From: Raillietiella orientalis
Lineage: Eukaryota
Reading direction: 5' to 3'
DNA: 64,000 bases
NCBI GenBank assembly: GCA_036172245.1
Contig: JAYWIR010000043.1
Coordinates: 930,001-994,000, forward strand
Positions 1 through 11,679 of the stretch are shown here, one piece after another. Each line of letters begins with the position of its first letter. Position 1 is the stretch's first letter. A model generated the notes under the pieces. It was not told the DNA's origin. It saw only the letters and a list, made by a program, of their open reading frames with translations, and searched no databases. The position numbers and the translations under genes are program-made.

Positions 1-3000
1 CGCAGGAAGAGGCTCAGCCCCAGCCCCTTGCCTGCGTCTCTCTCTTCCCCTTTCTTCCCTTTTTCTTCCCCCTCAATGCCGATCTTTCTTCCCCGGGGGA
101 CTCGACGAACTCCCAGCCTGGCAAGGGAACACCGGGGGAATTCGATCCCCTCCGCTATTGCCCCTCCCCCCCGGGAGGAAAGGGGCATTCCGATGGAGCT
201 CGTCCAGGCGGTTCCTCTTGGACGCGGCGCTCGGCGGGACCTCTGTCCTGGATGGAGTCCCCTCCGAATCCCGGATTCCTCCCCCCTCCCCCCCACGCCT
301 GTCGAGTTCCGGTCCGTCCTCCGCTCTTCCGGATGGCTCCCGGAGCCCGCGCGGACTGGAGATGATCGTGGCGGAAGAAGATCGCGTCTTCCCGCGCAGG
401 TCGCCTGCATCCTCACCCCCATCTCTCCCCTATTCCCCCAGGAAACGCGACGCACGGAGCCGGGGTGCTCGCACCCCGGCGTGACGTGACGACCCTTTCG
501 ACGGCGAGGACGGCATCCTGGAGGGCGGACTGAACTCCCGGCAGGGTCACCACCAGAGGATGTAGAGCCACCTCTCTCAGCGCGCGCGAGCGTCCCTGGC
601 CAAGTTTTCGGAAAGAACCAGGAAGACGAAGCGCTTCCTGGAAGGGGAGAGAGGCGTGCGACTCCCTCCCCAGATGGGGGGGGAGAGGTCATTCGGTCCG
701 CCGCGTCCTCTCTGGCGGAGAGAGTTGCCCCGTAGCGCCACCTCGTGGGAACGAAGGCAGCCGCGTCGGCAATCTCCCTGCTTCCTGGATCCGGACGCAG
801 CGTGGTGCGGGAGGCGCCAGGGGAGGGCTGGCGCTTCGTCCCGCAGTGGAAGGGAAGCGCGAGCGCCGCGCTCGCCGTTGCCAGGAGATCCGGGAATTCC
901 TCTAGCTCGCCGTCGTCGTCGGGCCCGTCCCGGAGTAGGGACGGGGAAACTCCTCCGTCTCAGGGGAACTTCGGGATGGGGGACGAGGAGATGCGGAACG
1001 CGGAGCGGCGAACTCCCTCCACCTCTCAGACGGAGCCTCCCAACGCCCTCCCGGGGAGGGTTGCTACGCCGCGGTGGAGGCCACGGTTGCTACAGTCTTC
1101 GCGTCGAAGAAGCGGGATGTTGAGGGATTCGATGCAGCGGCTCGCGACTATTTGCCGCTGCCCCCACCGCTCGTTCCCCACCATCGGACTGAGGACGCAT
1201 CTTCCCTGAACGGCCGCGAACGCATCTCGCGTGCTCCGCATTTCGAAGAGGATCCGATCCTTGAGGATCGGTTGGAGCATCTCGCAGATGTCTTCAGAGT
1301 CGTGAAGCGTTTTCCAATGTTGCGAGTCCCCAGTGCAGCGTCCCGCTCTCAAAGATTACCATCGAAACAAGTGCGGGGGAATCGGAATTGGAAAACTCCC
1401 GGGCAAACGAAACTCCAGTAAATTCAGTTTTTCGCCTTTTCCTTCCGGAACCCCGCTCCCCTGGCTCTTTACACCTTTGCGCACAAGGAGTCATTCCGAA
1501 GGGTCGCTTGGATTTTAGGGCAACGCGAACGTTCAGGTTACGAGCGTATCTTTTTGTGGTTGTTCCTGTTCCTTTCCTGTTCCCGTTAGTTTCACTACGT
1601 ATTAATAGATGGCAGGCTCCGCAGGAGTCGCTGCTTTGATTTTTTGATCATCGGACATTTCGACACCGCACTTTAGTCATCGTGAAAACAAGGAGAACGG
1701 CTAATCACAAATACTTTACCAATGGCCATGTCGGTCCTTCGAGTGCTCGAAAAGTGGACGGACGACATTACACGCATGCGTGCGCATTACGCGTGCATTG
1801 GTACGTACGACCGCATCCCGCGGTCTCACTTCCCAGCTCTGAATTTAACCGATGTAATCGGAGCACTGTGGAGCTCCCCACAAAGCATCTCCGGAAATTG
1901 TTCTTTGGAACAAACTGAAAAGCAAAACCAGCGGGAGCCGTCCAAGTTTTTTTTTTTTTGTTTTTTCAAAAAAAATCGTCCAGCTTCTCGCCTGAAAGGA
2001 AACCGATACAAAGCCGTAGAGGAGGTTACTTTGATGAAAAATTCTTCCTCCTTCAAAGCGTTGCGTCCTCGCCTGCTGAACGTCCTTGCAAGCTCTTTCA
2101 ACTGTGCTCTTTCAAAGTGGTGAGGCTGCTTCCCGAAGGTGCCGCGTGCAACCAAGCGAGGGTGGCCTAGCGGGCCCAGTGGCCTTCCGCTGCACTTCGA
2201 CTGAGGACTTTTAGAAAAGAGGTTTGGTACAAACTTTTGAATTTGTCTTCCGTTGGGAACATCAACATGAAAACAGAGGATTTTCCATATCTCACGGTAA
2301 ACTTTGGAAAATTAGAACGGGAAACCTCGCGCCATCAGTGAATTGGTTTCCGTACGGTTTCCGAGAAGCAGCAAGCACACTTGGTAGTCCAGAGCAAACG
2401 TCCTCTCCTTATCCCCCGATCAGTAGCATCATTGGTTTCAAATATTGGCTCGTGGCGTTTTTGATTGCACACCTTCCAGAAGATCACTTTTGCAGAAACG
2501 CGTCCGTCAAGCCTCGAGTCTTGCGTACGAATTCAACTGTACGAAATCGCACGAGTCGCGGGGATTGGGATGCCTGTACCAGGTGTTACCAGAAGTGAAT
2601 AGCATGAATAGCAGTCCAGCAGCACGCGCACCCTGGAGAACCCCTGTCCAGTTCCTTCTGGGTGATGTTGCTGCAACTGGTGAGGTTTGGCTAGTTGTTT
2701 TTAGCGGTAATGATTGAATGAACTTAAGTTAGCAGCCACCATCTTCTTGATGGATTCGTTCTCTTACAACTGCGAGCAACTCAGCCACGGAGACAGCTTC
2801 CAAATTTTCGATCTGCAAAAGATTCTTGTGCACGTGCATGCGGACGATCTGACCGAAAAGGGATGGGTGGAAGGAAAAAAAAAAACGATTAAAGAAGAGC
2901 GATCGGTCCGAAATCCGTGTGCGTGGCCGAGATGGATCGGATCCAGAGAAGAAAGGGGCTGTTATCTCCTTGCAAAGTTCCATGGTAACCACCTCGATTC

Positions 3001-3086
3001 TTGGAGGATTTTGGTCAGTGGGAGGGAAAAAGTGGTACACGGTGTCCTAGAAGAAAGCGTCTCTGCCAAAGACGAAGGCAGCGCCA

Positions 3087-3327
3087 GATAGTCTGAAGAT
3101 GATTTTATGCTTCCTGTTTCTTCTCCCCTTTTGCTCCACGAATATATTGTTCTTCTATCAATTTTGAACATCTTGCTTATCTCCTCCATAGTCATTTTTT
3201 TCCTCGTCTACTACTTTCAAAACACGTTCTCTGAGCTCCTCACTATACGGTCTCGGCCTCTATTATTATTCAATGCCATATTATACCTTTTTATCCCTTG
3301 GGGGAAACATTTTTTGGGTTAGCTATA
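3087..3327 (-). mobile_element. Bacterial IS630-family element, left end plus N-terminal HTH fragment of the transposase (pseudogene)
   Basis: Minus strand reads RPYSEELRERVLKVVDEEK, then a +1 A frameshift, then MTMEEISKMFKIDRRTIYSWSKRGEETGSIK. This fits the IS630 HTH pattern YSxDLRERV...IxRxTIYxW. The end TATAGCTAACCC starts with a TA dinucleotide at 3327. Truncated at ~3087. Confidence 0.8.
3280..3285 (-). promoter_or_regulatory. Possible bacterial -10 box (TATAAT) upstream of the IS630 transposase
   Basis: Perfect TATAAT on the minus strand ~25 nt before the transposase coding start; no good -35 element. Confidence 0.3.
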
Positions 3328-3330
3328 GCA

Positions 3331-3650
3331 ATGGGGGAGCCGCGAAGAAGGAGAAGTATTCTTGGTGAGTATGTTTGATGTTGTTGGGCATTTGGTTGTA
3401 GGACCGGAAGCAAAAAAGAGAGAGAGAAAGGATACAAAATAACCACCTGTGAAAGAAAAACCAAAACCTGCAACGGAAGGCAAACCGAAACCACCAGTAG
3501 AGAACAAAACCTCCTGTGGAAAAAAAGCCAAAACCTTCAACTGAGGAAGAACGAAAACCGCCAATGCAACCAACAGCGGAAGGAAAAACAACTGAAGCAG
3601 ATAAGGAAACCACTGCTGTGGCAGATGGGGGGGAAACACCACCACCAGGA
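3331..3650 (+). pseudogene. Degraded bacterial lipoprotein-like ORF with Pro/Lys/Glu-rich repeats
   Basis: Across frames: basic N-terminus (RRRR), hydrophobic stretch (VFLVSM..MLLG), AFG-C-RTGSKKER, then PPVKEKPKPATEGKPKPPVENK / PVEKKPKPSTEEERKPPMQPTAEGK. Contains stops and frameshifts and ends at the IS5 left end. Confidence 0.4.
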
Positions 3651-4462
3651 GACTTCTGTCAAAATCGCCAGGGAGGGGGTCAGATAATATATTTGGAAGA
3701 GTGAAATACGAGGAAATAAAAGAGTTAGGAGAAGAAAAGTTTCGACGCTTAACCGGGATAACAAAAAAAAAGCAACACTTAAGCGAATGGTGGAAATTCT
3801 AGATGAGGAGGATAAAGGGGAAAAAGCTAGAAGTGGAAGAAAAAGTAAACTTTGTGTAGAAGACAGGTGGGACTGGAATCCACTGGAATACATGAGGGAA
3901 TATCGTACATATTTTCATATAGGCCAAAGTTATGGCATGAGCGAAAGTAACTGTTTTAAAATGATAAGGTGGACAGAAGACACATTGATAAAACATCCAG
4001 ATTCTGCATTGCCTGGGAAAAAAGATCCATTACATAGTGATACAGAATACGAAGTTTTGGTAATAGATGGAACCGAAACACCAGCAAAAGCGCTTCGACT
4101 CTGGAAAGAAAAAACAGTAACAGAGAAGAGTAGAAAGGTCGTATGTACATCTTTCTCCAGTGGTAGGAAGCATGATTTTAGGATGCTTAGGGAATCAAAG
4201 GGAGCAATATTACTGCAAGCTGAAATCTTAGCTGATGCTGGCTACAGAGGAATGCACAAAAATGTTGAGTTACCTCTCAGGAAAACGAAAAAGAATCCGT
4301 TGAACAAAGAGCAAAAAAAAAAGAACAGAGCTCTTTCTGGCCAAAGGGTGATAGCTGAAAACGTAATTGGCTCATTGAAAAGATTTGAAATCATCTCTGG
4401 CAGATCGTGGAAATAGCCGAAACCGTTTTGGTTTAAGATTCAATTTGATTGCCGCTGTTCGC
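3648..4462 (+). mobile_element. IS5-family insertion sequence remnant with probable left end; right end missing
   Basis: gagacttctgtcaaaa at ~3648-3663 lies ~50 nt before the transposase start and resembles ISL2/IS702-group terminal repeats (recalled, not searched). No matching right inverted repeat is seen. Confidence 0.65.
3701..4462 (+). pseudogene. Bacterial IS5-family (ISL2/IS702-like) DDE transposase, degraded
   Basis: GTG at 3701 gives MKYEEIKELGEEKFRRLTGI. After a frameshift near the A-run at ~3765 it continues as ORF 3787-4416 with LEYMREYRTYFHIGQSYGMSES, VLVIDGTETP (D1), GRKHDFRML, LADAGYRG (D2) and RVIAENVIGSLKRF (E). A further frameshift gives the typical tail RNRFGLRFNLIAA. Small deletions lie near 4080-4115 (QKRFDSGKK is out of frame). 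No introns. Confidence 0.9.
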
Positions 4463-7400
4463 TCCCTGATTTTGAGCTCCCTCACAGATGCAGACAATCT
4501 GAAAACTCAAAGTCGCTGCCGTGTGAAGGGAATGGACGTTCCGAACAAGACGGAGGAAAGCAGCGATTCGGACGACGACGCTGGCCGTCCATGGCGGGGT
4601 CACGGACTGCCGAGACGTATCGCTTCCTGCACGTGAACAGAAGGAAGACGGTGCAGCCGTATACGAGGAAAGAAAGTGTGAAAGGAAACGTCAGCCCGGC
4701 TGCTGAGCTTCCCCAGCGTGGCACTTCACTAATCGAAAGAGAAGAGTTCGATCTTTCGGATTCAGGGACTCCAGAGACGATCATCCTTCCTGCTTCCAGA
4801 AACGCGGAGCTTCCAGAACGTTACGAGCAGGCGGATGACGACGACCGAACCTAAAAGAGTTCAAAAGCGTTTGCTTTTCCCAGACTCACGACATTGGAGC
4901 GATGGTGGTCATCAAGTGCGTAACTTGAAGCATTTCTAGAAGAGAAGGGCAAGAAAGGATGCTGCTTCTTGAAAGAAAGTGAAAGAGCTCGTCACTGATC
5001 CTCCAGAGGTCACGAACGATCTCCGAGAGGCATCAGTTTGTCCTGCCGTCAAGTGCGAATGCCACTGTGGTCGTTCTTCCTTCTGGTTCCTGCTGGACCG
5101 TCCGAGAGGAACGAGAAGCGAGCTCCGAAGAGCGGGCGGAGGGAGGGAACAACGGGTCTTCCCTCGCGCACGGTGCGCTGCTCTTCGGAAGAGACATCGC
5201 CAGCACTGTGGATGCGCTGTCCAGAAGCTGCCCAGAAGCTTCAAGAAGCTCTAGCCGTCTCGGAATATTTCATTACTCATAGGATGGGAACAGCGATCCG
5301 CTGTTTACACACGCGAAGCGGAAGCTTATGGTCGGCGTTCTCTAAGAGACGGAAAGCCAACAACCGTAACCAAGAATGGAAGAGAGCTCCTGGGACTCTG
5401 AGACTACCATCTTTGGGATCGAAAGAAAACACTTGAGTGGGATGCACAAATAGAAAAGCGCGAACCGGCAACCAACCTCGAGAAGGAAACCGTGAATGTG
5501 GCCGAGGGGAAGAAATGGTTCATTGGAGATCAAGAATATCGCACAAGCACTTTGCTTAGTCTCTTTGGACGCGCGTCTCACGCTGAGGAACATTCGGCAG
5601 ACTACCAAAAGCGTTCCATGAAATGAAAGACCTCTCCAGGAGCTACAAAAACAAAGAGTTTGGGTTGCCTTTTGCTGTTCCTTCCCATCTCATCTAGGTG
5701 GAGCTGGTGAAACTGGGATTCCCTGGGGTACGTCAGCACGACCAGTGGTCCAACCGATGCTTCCAATGTACATCCTCGGAGTGCTGCATGTTCAACGTTT
5801 CCATTCTCGCAGCCACCCGAGAGCATCCTCCCTCTTGAACTCTTGAGCCCCGGTCAAGGATGGACGTTGGATTGGTATCACACCGCCCTCCCTTCCTTCG
5901 AGTGAAGAGAGCTGGAGAGAATCAACTCTTGGATCTCTCAGAAGCCTTGCCGATGCTTTTCATCTGATCCCTCGTAATTTTCGTGAACCCTAACTTTTGC
6001 GTGGGTGCTTTCTCATAGACACGGGTATCTCCTGCCTCCCTTCCCTATCCTTTACGCCTTTCTCTTCGTTTTCCATTTCAGGAAAATTTCTACCCTCAAC
6101 GCACTCGGTACTTGGAGCGTTCCCAGTTGGCCAACGCGATGCCACACGATACGCGAACTGGAATTTTTTTTTTTTTTTCTTTTTGCGCACACGCGTTCGC
6201 ACCACCTGATGGTTTTCCGTGCTCCGTCTTCACATAAGCGCCAGTCTCCTTTTTTCCCCTTGCTTCCTACCCTAATCCCCATTCTCCCTCCATTCATCCT
6301 CGAAGGAACAGATCAGGGATTCCTTCCACACGAGGGATGCCAAGATCTTCGTGACGGAACGCAACAAGGGCACAACCCTCGCCCTTCTGTCCACTACTGA
6401 GGAGGAGGAAGCAGGTGGATCCTCTTTTTCAGTGCCCTCCGACAAACTGACCCATTTGCGCCTCCCCTTTAGTCGCTTTCAAGGATCAGGATCCCCGTTT
6501 TGTGCTTCAGCCGATAACTACTACGTTTTCTGAATTCAATCATAGGATCACCGGTCGACCAGGGTCATTGGAAACTGTCAGAGGAAGGAGAGCATCCCTA
6601 AAACAGAACCTGATTCCTTTTTGCCCGTCCCTGGCCAACTGAGTCCAGTGGTGCAGTTGGAGTCGGTAGACACCTGTAGCGACTGCTGGAAGAGAGGAAC
6701 CGGGAATTGCTCTTCGTGTCTCCATTCATCTTGAGCATCCAAAGGTCCTCGGGTTCCTACCTTCATCTTGTTGGGAACCGATGGGAAGCAGGTCTTGCTG
6801 AGACTCTTTGGACCGTAAAATGTCATCTGTAGAAACCCATTTTGCTTCCAGGGTACCCATCGCCGCACAGGCGCGTTTGTTCCTCTTTTCCCTTCAGCGC
6901 CCTGGGCCCAAGTCCCTTGTGGTCTCGGTTCCCCATGTGGGGTTTTCACCCTTGCCTATGGTTCCTGGTGAAACTTTCGGCGGTGCATGTTTGGTGGAAC
7001 GGCATGGAAATTGATCACAGAAACGAGATGGTCCGACAAAGAACCCCTCTGGCAAAGTGCGAATAACCAATTGCCTTTGGAAGGCAAAAGACAACTGAGA
7101 GTGCTGAAAGGACTTCAATCGGAATGTAGCGCCTGGAAGGTCCGCGAAGCTTCAACGAAGTTTCCAAAACTCCACTTATTTTCCGTTTAGCGAGAATGAT
7201 CCGAGCCGCAGTCACTCTATTTCCGCAGGTGTCCCGCAGATTGCTTGAACGTCCTGAAGGAGTGCTTGTACCGGATATAAGGCTGCCGATCATGCGAAAG
7301 ATCAGTCTGGTCCGAGGCATCTCCCTCTCCGAAGTGACTTTCGAGCTGGGCCATGCTTCCCGAGTAAGAAGCGTGGTTCAGCTTGGATCCAAGAACCCCA

Positions 7401-8829
7401 ACCCGAAAGCCACATTCTCCGGAAATAACAGCACTTTAAAACAAAAACAGCACCATGGACCATTGAAAGACAAGGATGGAAATAAAGAGAATATGAAGAA
7501 TATAAAGGAAATGGTGAAAGTAAGGAAAAACATCTCTCTCTTTATTGCTGGCATGTTTTTCCAAACTTGTCACTATAAAGGAGGTAAAACTGAGAAGGGA
7601 GGGAGCTGGGGGTCTCCAACCGGCCAATAGCGGGAGTCGCTTTTGCAAGAAACTGGTTCTTCAGAGCGAAAGTCGAGCCGACTTTTCCTGCTCTGGAAGT
7701 TGCCCAATCTGGCCGATAGCCCAGGAAGACGCACGTCGAAGAAAAGGGAGTACTCACTGGAACTGCCTCACCTTTTTGCCCCCAAGGAACTCCCGGCTTC
7801 GATGAGCAGAATAGTGGCAAGGCGACCGGGAATGTGGAGCAGGAAACATGACGAGACATTCAGGCAGCTCGGGGGTCCCTTGCACATAGGAAGAAAACCT
7901 GGAGCCGAGGGTAGTGCGTTCCAGTTGACAATCCGAACGTGTGCAGGGATCACATTCTTGGGCCACCGCTCTGGAAGAACAGTTCGGTGACCACAGATGC
8001 AGAACCTCTCTTGCGACCGGATGACCAGATAGTGGTCATCGTGGAGGATCCCCCACTAGGATTCAACTGGTGCAAGAAAACTATTAACAAAATTATGGAG
8101 TTATGGAACAAAGAGGGACTTCTGAAGGCCAGGAATGCATGATGTTGCCCTGCCGAACTATGGATGTCGAAATTGAACTCAGACCTCCATTTGGTGATGC
8201 AGAAAAAGGAGGAAACGGGAACTCGGTCGCGAAATCAAGTTGCCAGACGTCTGGAGCTCCAAGAAAGATGGAAGGAAGCCGATTCGACAGTGAGCTGGGG
8301 GACTGCGGTTTAGGTGGTTTTCCTGGTACTCCAATCTCGAAAGAAAGAGGAAACGGGAATCGAAGTTCACTTCTTTCAATTTCCAATTCTGGTCGTCGTT
8401 CGGGATCTGTACTTTTCCCTGTTTCTGTCGCTCAGAGAATCTGCTCCTCCCGGGTCCTTCGCGAAACAGCAAAGGTGTTCATGATTCCTGCCTTCGCACA
8501 GAGATGGAAAGAAATGTTACTCTTTATTCGAACATCGAAAGGAACAACAAAAAGAACGGAGACACCTTTTCGCGCGTACTCTCCGAGCTGTTTCTCCATG
8601 ACAAGCGCTGTGACAAGCGCACCTCGTGCATGCAAGAGGCGAGACTCACCGGGGCAACTCTCCGTTTCGTGGATGCCGCTTCGAAAGGAGGGTCTCAGGC
8701 GTCCTAATGGAGAGAGACTGCGGTTCAGATCAGGGATGTCCCATCTGCTGAGCTGTCCTCGGGTGATCACGCATAAAAGATTCGCGATTCCTCGCGAAAA
8801 GGAGGATCCTTCCCGCTTCCGTTGTCCAG

Positions 8830-9300
8830 CTTAACGTTGGATGGTGGAAGTCTCGTGACACTGCGGGTGTTCACGTGAACATGAGAGTGTTCCTTGCTGA
8901 GCTCAGGGCTCTATCGGACTCCCCGCCGCGTAAGACCTTCCTTTCGGCATCGGCTGTCTTCGAGTCTCTACGGCGTTGCCCGTGGCCAGATTTCTGATGG
9001 GCTTCTTCTAGGATGGCTTGTCGATCTGCACTCTGTCGTCTGGAAGGCGTCCTGGCAGCCCCTGCGTTCAGTGGATGTCCCGGCTGTGCTGCGTGCCAGG
9101 AAGCGCCATCGTCGTGGTTCGCATGGATTCTTGAAGTTTCCAGCTCCGGCAGGATGTCTCCGTTGTTGGGCCAATGTTCTCAAGAACTGGTCTTTGGTTC
9201 TCTTGGGAGCGAGGAGGGGAAACTGTAGCTCCAGTGTCTCACATCTTTTCTTCCCTTCTTCTCGAGCTGCTGTTTCGAACGCTGCCCATACGCTTCCGAA
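8830..9300 (-). mobile_element. Decayed LTR-retrotransposon (probably BEL) integrase-region fragment
   Basis: Minus strand RQAILEEAHQKSGHG (~8978-9022) fits the H-H half of the integrase zinc-binding motif; upstream LRTLAQQ and HDDG..GRL echoes. Confidence 0.35.
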
Positions 9301-10762
9301 ATGGTCAGCGCGCTTTCAGCAGTCTAATGTGGTTCCTTTCTCTCGGAACGAGGTCAGGTCGCAGTGGCGACCCACTCGCGGTATCCCTTGACTGATGACC
9401 TGTTGGATCTTTTTCTTCCTGGATGGGACCAGCATCCCCTCGAAGGGCAGGATGAGACACGACAGTAGGGGAGAAAGGGAGCAAACAAAAGAAGAAAAAA
9501 AAGAAACAAAAATAAAGGGAGGGTGGGGGTAGGGGTGCCGGGAGAGACGTCACATTTTGCTGGGGGCAGTCCTCTGAATCCTCTGCAGGATGCCGGTAAG
9601 CGCTTGCTGTTTGCAGTGCTTCAGGAGAAGCCACCGTGCCATACTCTCGAATCGGGCCGCAAAGTGGATGTGGCCCCCCTGTCTCTCTGCCCTTGCGTCG
9701 TTCCAGGCAACTACAATCCCGCGTAGGCAGCAGCAAAGAGCTGCTAGCAAGGCCGCGAACGAAGAAGGGGAGGGCGCAGTGTAAGTGCACATGGAGGCGG
9801 CCAGGGTTGTCCTTTCGTTTCCTTTCGACGTTTTCTGGGCGACGTTTTTCTGCAGAACGGTTCGTCTTCGGTTTGGTTGCGGAAGCTGGGAAAGGAACCG
9901 GAGATCGAGGATCTCACGAGGGCTCACGGTTTCACCCTGTATCTCGCGATCTGCAAAGCCGAGGTTCGCTTCTTCCTCACTCTGTGGGAGAGAGCGTGGC
10001 AACTCGTGTGAGTCCACTGGAACCTCCAGAGGATAGCGGACCTTCCTTTCTTCGGCCACTCACCGGCGAGCGGGAAGAGAGCATCTACAGGATACTCTGC
10101 AGTGACGCAGCGTCATCCTCGGAACTTTCGACTCCTTGGGCGTCGCCGCCGCGAGATGGGAAGTGGGAGGCCACCTGGTGAGCGGTTCGCGCCACTAATG
10201 TTCTTCGTGTGTCCCTCAGGTTCATGTGCCGCTCCCAAGACGACGGGAGAAAGACATGAAGACTCCCTTTCCGGGACTGCCCCGAAGGCAAACTCCATTT
10301 CCGCCGAACCTTCCGAGCTACTGGTATCCTGCCATCTCCCTGCCCTTAGGGGCGATCCGAGCTGCCCAGAAAAGAGGGGTCTGAGTTGTTGGCCACGCAG
10401 GGAAGCCGCCAAGAACGACGTCCTTCTTGTGGTCGGCAGGGCGGGGAGCACACGTGACCTCTGGCGGCGGATACTAAGATCACGCCGCAGGACCTGGGAA
10501 TCAGCTGAAATTCCCGAACTTTTCCCTGGTGCGAATCCAGCGGGCCGGGAGTGGCTGCGACGGCGATCGCAATCACCTCAGGGCTTCCAAAACGCATCTG
10601 TTCTGCTTTAGGTCCACGTGCTTCCTCCTGCTTCGCATGAAGGCATCAGCTCGAAGCACGAATGTTCCCAAAGTGTGCCATGCAGGCACACTTTGGGAAA
10701 GCGCTCTCTGTCCCCTCTGTCCCATCCGACAAACTTCCAGATAAGCACAGATGTTACAACCG

Positions 10763-10810
10763 TTATCTCTGATGTAACGGCCGGGTTCCCGACCGTTACA
10801 TCAGAGATAA
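10763..10810. repeat. Near-perfect inverted repeat (hairpin)
   Basis: ttatctctgatgtaacgg (10763-10780) is the exact reverse complement of ccgttacatcagagataa (10793-10810); inner cggg/cccg can extend the stem after one mismatch. Confidence 0.95.
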
Positions 10811-11199
10811 TCACACACGCGATAAATACATCCATACACACACACATATAATTTTTACCGCTGCATAAAAAGTTCATAACGCATTATATTATGTATATAT
10901 ATACGTACATAGGCAACGGCCGATGTACAAGTATTCCCCACATCAGCGTAGAGGGACGGAAACTGCGGGTTGCCGAGGGAGAGAAAGAGGCAGTGCATCA
11001 TCTTGACCTTACTTGGACGGAAGCGTGCATCTTACTAACCCGTTCCCTCTGGAGATTTCGAATGCACACGGAAGAGGTAGAAGAAGCAACTGGAAAACCT
11101 AGCAACGTCCTCCGTTTGTCAAGAAACTTGGAAGAACAATTGTCCAAGCAACCAGAGCGAACAAGACTTTCAATCGGGCTGTTGAGTGTGCAGCGATAC

Positions 11200-11660
11200 A
11201 GTTAATGAAAGCACTTCAAGGTCGCAGTAGTCGAAGCTCATGAAGACGGATGTTCGGGATAACAAGTCGAATTCTTCTCCAAACATAGATAAAGGAGTCT
11301 GCAGCATCTTGTCTTGGTGACCCTCGAAAGCGTATCTCCCTCTCGGCAATCGGCAGTCCCCATTCCTCTACGCTTAAGGGACCACCCATTACTTTGGACG
11401 TTCTGCTCGGAAACTCATGCTAAGGACACACCACGCTTACCTCAGAAGGGCGAAGTCCTTGGATCATATTTCTCCACGGACAGTAAGACTAAAGGGGAGC
11501 CATGGCACAGAAACACTGGAACCTCCAGCATGTTCCCTGAGCCCCAAACCCCAAAAATGGTTGAGCTTGGTGGCCCAGGCCCTGAGGCTAACGCCGTTAG
11601 CCTCAGGGCCTCGAACACAAAGTAGATCTGTGGAAAGAGCTACGATGGCTTCTTAGGTGG
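11200..11660 (+). mobile_element. Decayed BEL/Pao RNase H-region fragment
   Basis: TPRL (~11428), HWNLQHVP..PNP (~11515-11555) and WWPGPE-like (~11568-11586, across a frameshift) resemble BEL TIPRLEL, WRHVPGxxNPAD and WWxGPxWL. Confidence 0.4.
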
Positions 11661-11679
11661 GGGATGGAGACGATCAGAC

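Larger units (their letters stand above)
2955..8150 (+). mobile_element. Highly decayed BEL/Pao LTR-retrotransposon remnant, interrupted by the bacterial segment
   Basis: Motif echoes in BEL order: AKFHGNHLD(S)W..FW (~2970-3015), RSLILSSLTDADNLK (~4460-4505), Cys/His-rich stretch (~5040-5215), VKDGRW (~5855), FILLGTDG..LLRL and KPILLPG (~6760-6855), TFLPPR (~7770), RPDDQIVVIVEDPP..NW (~8010-8070). Many stops and frameshifts. Confidence 0.45.

Noticed and set aside
1..1500. Overlapping 100-155 aa ORFs in GC-rich DNA
   Set aside because: Low-complexity Pro/Arg/Ser translations in several frames with no motif; expected by chance at high GC.
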